From positions 10,556-74,555 of the forward strand of contig JBEGVH010000013.1 of NCBI GenBank assembly GCA_041178425.1: a stretch of DNA of 64,000 nucleotides, read 5' to 3'. This document shows positions 56,757 through 64,000 of the stretch, piece after piece; positions within the stretch are counted from its first letter, which is position 1; every line of letters starts with the position of its first letter. The position numbers and the translations under genes were made by a program. Below the pieces are notes generated by a model. It did no database searches and was not told the DNA's origin. It was given only the letters and a program-made list of their open reading frames with translations. This stretch comes from Pseudomonadota bacterium. GTDB taxonomy: Bacteria; Bdellovibrionota; Bdellovibrionia; Bdellovibrionales; Bdellovibrionaceae.

Positions 56757-58028
56757 GTGTCAAAGATTACATCAATTCGAGCTCGAGAAATTCTAGATAG
56801 TCGTGGAAACCCAACGGTTGAGGTTGAAGTCCTTACGGCTGCGGGTTTTAAAGGAAGAGCTGCCGTTCCGTCTGGAGCTTCTACTGGAGCCCATGAGGCC
56901 GTTGAGTTAAGAGATGGGGATGCCCAAAGATATTTAGGCAAAGGTGTTAGAACGGCAATAACACATGTGAATCATCGCATGGGTCCGGAATTATTGGGAA
57001 CAGAAGTCACTGCTCAGGGGCTCATCGACAAATTACTTTTAGATTTAGATGGCACTGTAAACAAGGCAAAGTTAGGTGCGAATGCCATTTTGGGAATTTC
57101 TCTGGCGGCAGCAAAGGCAGCGGCTCTTGAGTGTAACCTGCCCTTGTATCGTTACGTGGGCGGGGCGCAGGCTCGAAATTTACCAGTCCCATTAATGAAT
57201 GTTCTCAACGGTGGTGCGCATGCTAATAATGGGCTCGATATTCAGGAATTCATGATTGTTCCAATGGTTGGTGGCAAGTTTAGTGAGTCTCTTCGTGCGG
57301 GAGCCGAGGTTTTTCACACGCTTAAAAAAATCCTTGGCAAAAAAGGCTTATCAACAGCAGTCGGCGATGAAGGCGGCTTTGCACCTGTTTTGAAATCAAA
57401 TGAAGAAGCTCTTCAATTGCTGATGGAAGCTATTAAGCAAGCCGGTTATCAAGCGGGTAAAGATATTTTCTTGGCACTGGATGTAGCTGCCACTGAACTT
57501 TTTGAAAACAATCAATACTCTTGGGAAGGCAAAAAAATTTCAGCAGAACAATTAGCCGATATCTATGCGAAGTGGACTCAAGAGTATCCGATGGTAAGCA
57601 TTGAAGACGGTTTTTCTGAAGATGATTGGTCGGGCTGGAAACTTATCACCGACAAAGTTGGCCAAAGAGTTCAGTTAGTGGGTGATGATCTCTTTGTTAC
57701 AAATCCCAAGCGCCTTGAACGAGGAATTAAAGAAGGTGTCGCAAATGCACTTCTTGTGAAAGTGAACCAAATCGGTTCTTTAAGTGAAACTATGGAAGCA
57801 GTTTCTTTGGCTCAAAGGCACAGTTATCACACTGTAATGTCTCATCGTAGCGGTGAAACAGAAGACGTGACGATTGCTGATCTTGCTGTGGCATTGAACT
57901 GTCAACAAATCAAGACCGGAAGCCTTTGTCGAAGTGAGCGCACAGCTAAGTACAACCAACTTCTTAGGATTGAAGAAGAGCTTGGGGCTAGTGCTCAATA
58001 TTGGGGTTCGAAGGCTTTCAAAGGATAA
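56757..58028 (+). CDS. eno: Enolase
   Basis: [54 protein letters not shown]. Confidence 0.97.
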   Translation: MSKITSIRAREILDSRGNPTVEVEVLTAAGFKGRAAVPSGASTGAHEAVELRDGDAQRYLGKGVRTAITHVNHRMGPELLGTEVTAQGLIDKLLLDLDGTVNKAKLGANAILGISLAAAKAAALECNLPLYRYVGGAQARNLPVPLMNVLNGGAHANNGLDIQEFMIVPMVGGKFSESLRAGAEVFHTLKKILGKKGLSTAVGDEGGFAPVLKSNEEALQLLMEAIKQAGYQAGKDIFLALDVAATELFENNQYSWEGKKISAEQLADIYAKWTQEYPMVSIEDGFSEDDWSGWKLITDKVGQRVQLVGDDLFVTNPKRLERGIKEGVANALLVKVNQIGSLSETMEAVSLAQRHSYHTVMSHRSGETEDVTIADLAVALNCQQIKTGSLCRSERTAKYNQLLRIEEELGASAQYWGSKAFKG

Positions 58029-58056
58029 CAAGAAAAACCTGAATTTCAAGATGGGG

Positions 58057-58090
58057 AAAAGCGGCAACTTACCAAATTGCCGCTTTTTTT
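58057..58090. terminator. Bidirectional intrinsic terminator
   Basis: AAAAGCGGCAA..TTGCCGCTTTTTTT between convergent genes. Confidence 0.85.
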
Positions 58091-58451
58091 ATTCTTGGTT
58101 ATGAAGATTCAAAAGATTTGAACCCAAAGCAGTTATTGTAACGATTTTTCCGCAGCTTTTTAGAAGATCAGCACAGAGAGATTCAAACTTTCTTATTTCA
58201 AATTCATCCCTACCAGAATAAGCAAACCAGAATGAAACTAATTCAGGAGATTCACCTGCGGTTTGAGTGATTCCTCCGAACTGTCCGAACAATTGAACCA
58301 TACCTTCGTAGGAGTCACGTGAACACTGCACTTGTCGTGCAAGGATTATTCTTTGCTGACGAAGCGTTTCTTGCTCTTTAAAGGTAAACCCTGCATTTGC
58401 TAAACAGAGATGAGTAGTAGCGAGCAATAAAATGCCGAGTTCTTTTTTCAT
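58089..58451 (-). CDS. Hypothetical exported protein
   Basis: Signal-peptide-like MKKELGILLLATTHLCLANA; 120 aa. Confidence 0.55.
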   Translation of the reverse strand: MKKELGILLLATTHLCLANAGFTFKEQETLRQQRIILARQVQCSRDSYEGMVQLFGQFGGITQTAGESPELVSFWFAYSGRDEFEIRKFESLCADLLKSCGKIVTITALGSNLLNLHNQE

Positions 58452-58491
58452 TAGGCATCGATAGAGGGACTAAAAAGTATTGTAAAGGTTT

Positions 58492-59418
58492 TTACTTAAC
58501 TTTTTTCCAGATGGTTCTAAAGTGTCTTATGGCTCGGTCCGTTCCTAGAAGTTTTTCATAAGAATCAAAATCTAAGCTTTGACCTTCTGGATGAGAATTT
58601 ACAATGCGCAGATCTTCACCTAATACCCACCGATTGGTTCGGCGTAAAATTAACATCAAAAAGTGTCCTAATAAGGGGATTGGCAAAAAGTTTTGGTATG
58701 TTCGCATATAAAATTGAGTTGTATTTTGATCGATGGGAGTAAATCCAAGGGTCATCATAAAACGGGGAGAAATGGCGTTGAGCCATATATTAGGGAGCTT
58801 GAAAGCAATGTAAGGTGGTTTATCCAGCTCTTTACTCATGGCATACTGCAAAGACTCTTCCTCCAATTTGAAATAGGGAATTTTGCGAGGATCTGAAAAA
58901 CGACCGATAGAACGTCGATGAACGAAACTCAAGTGATTGAAATCAAGCTGATTTTCAATGGCTCGAGTGACATGGCATTGGGCCTGATCAGTTTGTTCAA
59001 TCGTGAGGGCCTTTTTAGGGAGCCCATCAAACCATTGAGGGGTTCCTTGCGGGGCAGCGTGACTATTGATCTCGTCCCACCACAACCAGAGGTACGATTC
59101 GAATTCAACAACGTGAAAGCTTGCCACTTTAATTTGAGGTGCGGCTTTCTCTACCTCTGGAACAAACTGACACTCGCCATTTCCTGCATAGCGAAGTCCG
59201 TGAAAGGGGCACTCAATACAGTCTTCAGTAACCTTCCCAAGGCTTAACTTGATTGACCGATGGGGACAGAGGTCTTTTACGGCATGAATTTGGCCGTTTT
59301 GCGCCCTCCACAGAACAAGATCGAGGCCAAAGCGCTTTAGGGCTAACGGTTTCTTTGGTTTCAATTCATCGGAGGCGGCAATGAGCCACCAACCCCTTGG
59401 AAACTCTAGTTTATTCAT
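58492..59418 (-). CDS. Rieske non-heme iron oxygenase, alpha subunit
   Basis: Rieske CPHR..CPFHG; mononuclear Fe motif ENQLDFNHLSFVH and EDLRIV. Confidence 0.9.
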   Translation of the reverse strand: MNKLEFPRGWWLIAASDELKPKKPLALKRFGLDLVLWRAQNGQIHAVKDLCPHRSIKLSLGKVTEDCIECPFHGLRYAGNGECQFVPEVEKAAPQIKVASFHVVEFESYLWLWWDEINSHAAPQGTPQWFDGLPKKALTIEQTDQAQCHVTRAIENQLDFNHLSFVHRRSIGRFSDPRKIPYFKLEEESLQYAMSKELDKPPYIAFKLPNIWLNAISPRFMMTLGFTPIDQNTTQFYMRTYQNFLPIPLLGHFLMLILRRTNRWVLGEDLRIVNSHPEGQSLDFDSYEKLLGTDRAIRHFRTIWKKVK

Positions 59419-59606
59419 AATAAAACTCCATTCCACAGAAGTGTTGATTTGAAATTAAGCCTCTCCAGATGAGGGTAGCATTTCTTTTTGACGTCGGGCA
59501 GTAGATCCTGGCTGGGGAGTTGCATACCCGACTTTAGAATGGTCCTGCCTGCATCCTCTAAGACCTTGTTTTCAAGCTTCGTAAATTGAAGGACAATCTA
59601 GGATGT

Positions 59607-59906
59607 ATGGGAAATTTAGGATTAAAGATTAAAGTGTTACTCGAAAGGCCTGTCAGAGTGGGGGTTATTTGTTTAGCCCTTCTGACATCAGGGTTGGTTT
59701 TTGATGGTTCTCTTTGGCGGCTCTATGACTTGAGGCAGAATCATCAGGTATTGCTTAGTAAGTTATTAGAAGAAACGGATAAAATTGAAAAGTTAGAGTT
59801 ACAGATGGGCCAATTAAAAAATCCGGCCTATATTGAAAAACAGGCTAGAGATCGCTTAGAGTTTTTAGAAAAAGATGATCTTCTGTTTGTTTTTTCTGAA
59901 GATTAA
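59607..59906 (+). CDS. ftsB: Septum formation initiator (FtsB/DivIC family)
   Basis: TM helix, coiled coil, YIEKQARDRLEF..DDLLFVF. Confidence 0.75.
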   Translation: MGNLGLKIKVLLERPVRVGVICLALLTSGLVFDGSLWRLYDLRQNHQVLLSKLLEETDKIEKLELQMGQLKNPAYIEKQARDRLEFLEKDDLLFVFSED

Positions 59907-59915
59907 TATAAGAGA

Positions 59916-60206
59916 GTGCTTATGGAATGGACAAAAGAACGAGTTAGAGAATTGAGATTAAGAATGGGATGGAGCCAGTCTGATTTGGCCAGACATCTAC
60001 AGGTTGAAGTCGAATCGGTCACAAAGCTCGAAAATGGTGGCAGTTCAAATTTTGATGGTATTAAGTCTCAACTAACGCTTTTTTGGAGAAGAGCGGAATC
60101 TCTGTCGGAAGAGGTTCAGATCTCAGCACTTGCTGAAAAAATGATTGAAGACCAAAATTTGAATCAGCTTTTTCAGAGCGATCTCGATGATAAATACATC
60201 GAATAA
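59916..60206 (+). CDS. XRE-family helix-turn-helix protein
   Basis: VRELRLRMGWSQSDLARHL..VTKLENG. Confidence 0.8.
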   Translation: MLMEWTKERVRELRLRMGWSQSDLARHLQVEVESVTKLENGGSSNFDGIKSQLTLFWRRAESLSEEVQISALAEKMIEDQNLNQLFQSDLDDKYIE

Positions 60207-60221
60207 AATATCTAGGAAACC

Positions 60222-60521
60222 TTATTCAATTTTTTGAATCATTGAGGATAGCCATTTTTCTAGTTCCGGTAAATCCTCAATATTTAAACCTGTCTTCCAA
60301 TCCCCATTGGGGTAACAAACAGCGGCGATCCCTTTCTCGCATTGGCCAAGACATCCGGCTGCGTTTATCCTAAATAAATTTTTTTTATCGGGAAACTTTT
60401 CCTCGAGTCTCTTTTTAAGATCTATACGAAGAGTCGATGCTTCTTTTGGTCCACAAGAAGAACCCTTTTCTTTGGCGTTGGTGCAAACAAAAAAATGTAC
60501 CTTAAATTGAGGTGTTCTCAT
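60222..60521 (-). CDS. Thioredoxin-like [2Fe-2S] ferredoxin
   Basis: HFFVCTN..SC..RINAAGCLGQC..CYPNGDW. Confidence 0.85.
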   Translation of the reverse strand: MRTPQFKVHFFVCTNAKEKGSSCGPKEASTLRIDLKKRLEEKFPDKKNLFRINAAGCLGQCEKGIAAVCYPNGDWKTGLNIEDLPELEKWLSSMIQKIE

Positions 60522-61015
60522 GGGCGGGCCTCTCTATGAAGAGCAATCTCGCTTCGTGCTTGTTCATCTTTGATGGATTCAATTTTATCAAATGAGTGAA
60601 GCTTACCTTTGCCAACCCCGGGGCAAAAGGTTGCGACCTCTTTGCTCCATGTTTTTGGGTTAAGAACCTCCGGCCAAAATGGCCAGGTTCGACACTGTAT
60701 TGGACGAGCTTCGTAGATGCTGCATCTTTTTTTATTTAGAAATAGACAGTCAGGATTCTTTCCATCCTCCTTGAGGTGAAAATAACCTTTGGTTTTTTGA
60801 CAGTACTTTTGAGTGAATTGCCGAGTTGGAATTTTTAAGTGCGCAGCCATTCTTTGACGATCTTCAAGGGTAAGAAAGACAAAGCCGTATTCTCCGTGTG
60901 AAGTGCAGCATTTTCCTGAGCCTTGACACTGAAATTTTAAACCATTTTTATGAAACTGATCTTTCTGCATGCACTTTCCTTGAGTTTTTATTAAGGTAAA
61001 AACAACTCGATTCAC
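60518..61015 (-). CDS. YkgJ-family cysteine-cluster protein
   Basis: FQCQGSGKCC, CLFL..RCSIYEARPIQCRTWPFW, CPG; start may be ATG 60970. Confidence 0.85.
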   Translation of the reverse strand: MNRVVFTLIKTQGKCMQKDQFHKNGLKFQCQGSGKCCTSHGEYGFVFLTLEDRQRMAAHLKIPTRQFTQKYCQKTKGYFHLKEDGKNPDCLFLNKKRCSIYEARPIQCRTWPFWPEVLNPKTWSKEVATFCPGVGKGKLHSFDKIESIKDEQARSEIALHREARP

Positions 61016-61123
61016 GAAGAATAATCAAGAAATACTTTATGTTCATTGCAGCGGAAAGGTAGATTTGGTTAATCACCTTATGGCACTGAATTTTATCTAA
61101 AATATTCCAAATTAAAAAGAGCC

Positions 61124-62539
61124 TCAGAGGTAGTCATCAAAGTATCGAACAAATGGGCTGAAAATTAGCAAACCAGCTCTAATGTAAAAAGGGGTTTTGG
61201 AATAAGGATAGCGATGATCCAAAGGGTGTCCTTCCTCATCGAGTTGCCCAGAATATTTGATCCTTTCATCGATATCCTTGATTGTGTCATTGGCGAGATC
61301 TTCATTGTTTAAACACACGAGTGTCAATTCCATGTTGTAGCTTTCTGAGCGTGGGTCAATATTGAAGGTACCAATCATTGTATGGCGACGATCAAATACA
61401 ATAGTCTTGGCATGGATACCCCAAATGCCGTTTTGTGCAGACGTTGAGACAATAGGTTGCTTGGGTGGACTACCTCCATACACATAGATTTGAGCGCCTT
61501 TTTTGATAGGCTCTCTGATTCGCTTGAGCAAGGCCGCGTAAGTTATACCTATGTCGGTCGAATAGAGTCCGTTTGTTAGTATGGATAGGTGCCCGTCTCT
61601 TTTTAGGTAATCAAGAATGTCATTTGAGATGTCATCTTTAAGAATCAAATAAGGGGTTTCAATGATAAGTTCATTGGTCGTCTTTTGTAGCAGTTTTCGA
61701 AAAATATTGTGCACCTTGGTTTTTTTGGGAATGTTTGGGCTGTCAGTTGCAAAAAGAACTTCTTTGCATTGATAACTCGGAGTCTTGGAGAGGATCGGAA
61801 GTCCAATTAATCGATGAGTTTTCAGACGCGCAAGGGAGGCTTTGTCCATTTGAAAGAACTCATCAATTTTTAAATGGATGGCTCTTAGGCGACTCCAGCC
61901 ATTGACGTTTTCATTCAGATACCAGCGATCATTTGGACGCGTGGCGAATGGAGAGTTCCAAAAAATGTCAAAGCTTTTTCGAATTTCTGTAACAATCGGT
62001 CCCTCGATAACTAAGTCGCGATCTAAAAAATTATATCCTGTTCCATGGTCAAAATATTCGTCTCCTATATTTCGTCCTCCAAGAATTGCAATTGAACCGT
62101 CAGCGACAATGAGTTTGCGGTGATTTCGCCACAAGAAATCGTCTGGCGTAATGGGCGTTGATCGATTGAAATATTTGATTTCTATTCCATAGTTTTTCAA
62201 TCGTATCGCGAAAAGATCATTGAGCTTAATAAAGAAAGAAGAATGATCTAGTAGAACACGAATCTTCACACCTTTTTTTGCGCTCTTTATGAGCTCATGA
62301 ACGATTAACTTGCCGGCGACATCAGTTTTAAAAATAAAATACTCTAGATCGATTGTCTTTTTTGCGAATGAAATGGTGCTTAGAATTTGATTAAAAGCCA
62401 CAGTCCCTTCGTTGAGTAATCGAAGGTTATGGGTTTTTTTTGAAGAGACGATTATTGGATCGTGGTGAGTGTTCGACTGGGCAAAGCTAAAACTAAAACA
62501 GAATAGTATTCTGATAAAAGCAAAAAGGGAAATCCCCAT
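61124..62539 (-). CDS. Exported phospholipase D family protein (ClsC-like)
   Basis: Signal peptide; HRKLIVAD..GGRNIGDEYF; HAKTIVFD..GTFNIDPRS. Confidence 0.88.
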   Translation of the reverse strand: MGISLFAFIRILFCFSFSFAQSNTHHDPIIVSSKKTHNLRLLNEGTVAFNQILSTISFAKKTIDLEYFIFKTDVAGKLIVHELIKSAKKGVKIRVLLDHSSFFIKLNDLFAIRLKNYGIEIKYFNRSTPITPDDFLWRNHRKLIVADGSIAILGGRNIGDEYFDHGTGYNFLDRDLVIEGPIVTEIRKSFDIFWNSPFATRPNDRWYLNENVNGWSRLRAIHLKIDEFFQMDKASLARLKTHRLIGLPILSKTPSYQCKEVLFATDSPNIPKKTKVHNIFRKLLQKTTNELIIETPYLILKDDISNDILDYLKRDGHLSILTNGLYSTDIGITYAALLKRIREPIKKGAQIYVYGGSPPKQPIVSTSAQNGIWGIHAKTIVFDRRHTMIGTFNIDPRSESYNMELTLVCLNNEDLANDTIKDIDERIKYSGQLDEEGHPLDHRYPYSKTPFYIRAGLLIFSPFVRYFDDYL

Positions 62540-62643
62540 AGCGCGACCTAAATCCTTGTTTTGGAATTGAGTATTAGGCCGATTTATAAATAGGTCGCGG
62601 GGGCTTTCAACTTAAAATTATTAAAGCCCCATAATGTGTAATC

Positions 62644-64000
62644 CTACAGAAACTTAGATAAATTTTTATTAAGGTCGCGAACATCTTTTAAATATAGGAT
62701 ATTGGCCTCCTTAAATTCAGGAATATTTAGGTGTTTTTTATTGGACGAGGGAACAACAAAGTTTTTGAATCCCAACTTCAACCCTTCTTTTATTCTGAGA
62801 TCAGGAAATGAAACACCCCGAATTTCCCCCGTTAAACCAATTTCACCGAAGTAGCACGTCTTGGCGTCTAAGGGTTGGCGCGATTCAGAAGATAAAATCG
62901 AAGCAGCAATTGCTAAATCAACGGCTGGTTCAAGAATTTTTAATCCACCCACGACATTAATAAAAATATCCGCTTGGTAGAGTTGAACACTAAGATGTCT
63001 CTCAATAACGGCCACTAATAAATTCAAGCGGCCCGTATCAATACCCAAAGAAGTTCTTCGTGGCATAGATAAGGGAGTTGGAACAGTGAGAGCTTGGACC
63101 TCGCAAAGAAGTGGCCGAGAACCCTCGACGGAAGCAAAAATAGAAGAGCCAACCAGCGATTCTCCGCGTTCCTCAAGAAATAGTTCCGAAGGGTTCAAAA
63201 CCTCTTCGAGACCCAAAGAGCTCATTTGAAAGATTCCTAGTTCGTGAGCTGGACCGAAGCGATTTTTTAGCGATCGGAGCAGTCGATAGTTGTATGAGGT
63301 ATCTCCCTCAAAGGCCAGAACACAATCAACCATGTGTTCTAGAACTTTGGGGCCTGCGATACTACCTTCCTTCGTAACGTGGCCAACTAAAATCACCGCA
63401 ATTCCTTCATTCTTTGCAAGCATCATGAGGTGCCCACAGCACTCCCTCACCTGGGAGACTGAACCCGGAGCTGCCTGGAGCTCGGGTAAATAAACAGTTT
63501 GAATAGAGTCGACAATAAGGACTTTGGGTCGAGATTCCTTGGCGAGGGCGATAACCGAATGTAAGTTGCTTTCACTTCCAATTTGAATTTGTTTAGAACG
63601 AATATTGAGTCGATGGGCGCGGCTACTTGTTTGGTCGACACTTTCTTCGGCAGAGATATAGAGAACGGATCCGTTTTTATCGGCCAGTCCATGACAGGCT
63701 TGCAAGAGGAGGGTGCTTTTACCGATTCCCGGAGATCCGCCGAGGAGAACGAGGCTTCCTTGGACTAAGCCCCCACCCAAAACACGATCAAATTCGGAGA
63801 TACCGGTGGTTAAACGGTTAAGATTTAGCGTCTCTGGACCTTGGTCTAGGGACATTGTTTTAATTGTTGTGGGGCCCGAGGCCGTTTGGCTTGAGACCCA
63901 ACCGCGTTGTCCTTCAGGGGCTTGAATTTCTTCAACAAATGAGTTCCATGCACCGCAATCAGAGCATCGACCTTCCCATTTACTTCTTTGAGCTCCACAA
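62644..64000 (-). CDS. radA: DNA repair protein RadA/Sms; 5' end lies outside the window
   Basis: The frame stays open to the edge with zinc finger C..KWEGRCSDCGAWNS; GSPGIGKST, KNRFG, Lon-like C-terminal domain. Confidence 0.96.
   Translation of the reverse strand, partial: CGAQRSKWEGRCSDCGAWNSFVEEIQAPEGQRGWVSSQTASGPTTIKTMSLDQGPETLNLNRLTTGISEFDRVLGGGLVQGSLVLLGGSPGIGKSTLLLQACHGLADKNGSVLYISAEESVDQTSSRAHRLNIRSKQIQIGSESNLHSVIALAKESRPKVLIVDSIQTVYLPELQAAPGSVSQVRECCGHLMMLAKNEGIAVILVGHVTKEGSIAGPKVLEHMVDCVLAFEGDTSYNYRLLRSLKNRFGPAHELGIFQMSSLGLEEVLNPSELFLEERGESLVGSSIFASVEGSRPLLCEVQALTVPTPLSMPRRTSLGIDTGRLNLLVAVIERHLSVQLYQADIFINVVGGLKILEPAVDLAIAASILSSESRQPLDAKTCYFGEIGLTGEIRGVSFPDLRIKEGLKLGFKNFVVPSSNKKHLNIPEFKEANILYLKDVRDLNKNLSKFL

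Noticed and set aside
59493..59532. AGCCAGGATCTACTGCCC (minus strand) resembling a cobalamin B12-box inside a GTCGGG..CCCGAC hairpin
   Set aside because: The upstream riboswitch core (GGGAA..GCCCCCGC..CCACTG) is absent and no B12-related gene follows.
1..64000. CRISPR arrays, rRNA, transposases, prophage or defence systems
   Set aside because: No regularly spaced repeats and no matching protein motifs were seen by eye.

Overview
Core chromosomal segment of a bacterium, most likely a member of the Bdellovibrionota. This is inferred from an FHA-GGDEF DgcB-like cyclase, the flagellar gene order and the gene content. The window holds: a split glycine-cleavage locus (gcvT-gcvH, tRNA-Leu, four unrelated genes, then gcvP); an MCE/Mla-type lipid ABC operon; a sigma54-type promoter driving a large TPR gene and the flagellar basal-body/hook operon (flgBC-fliEFGHIJ-motE-like-fliK-flgD-TIGR02530-flgE); housekeeping genes (mazG, rluA-like, HU/IHF, mutT, pyrD, gdhA, rfaE kinase, rlmN, eno, ftsB-like, radA); cyclic-dinucleotide signalling genes (7TM-HD phosphodiesterase, FHA-GGDEF, PilZ); a sulfide-oxidation cassette with a Crp/Fnr regulator; and several sigma28-type promoters, one of them ahead of an orphan CpaF/TadA ATPase operon. 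No CRISPR array, rRNA, integrase or transposase is visible. The most interesting signal is post-transcriptional. The ribosome-binding sites of the hook genes fliK, flgD and flgE each sit in a 5-bp stem with an ANGGAG hexaloop (CsrA-type). flgE also has a multi-hairpin leader with an alternative anti-SD pairing, directly downstream of the uncharacterised TIGR02530 gene, whose product carries an RNase-fold-like motif. All functional calls come from motif recognition; no database searches were run.
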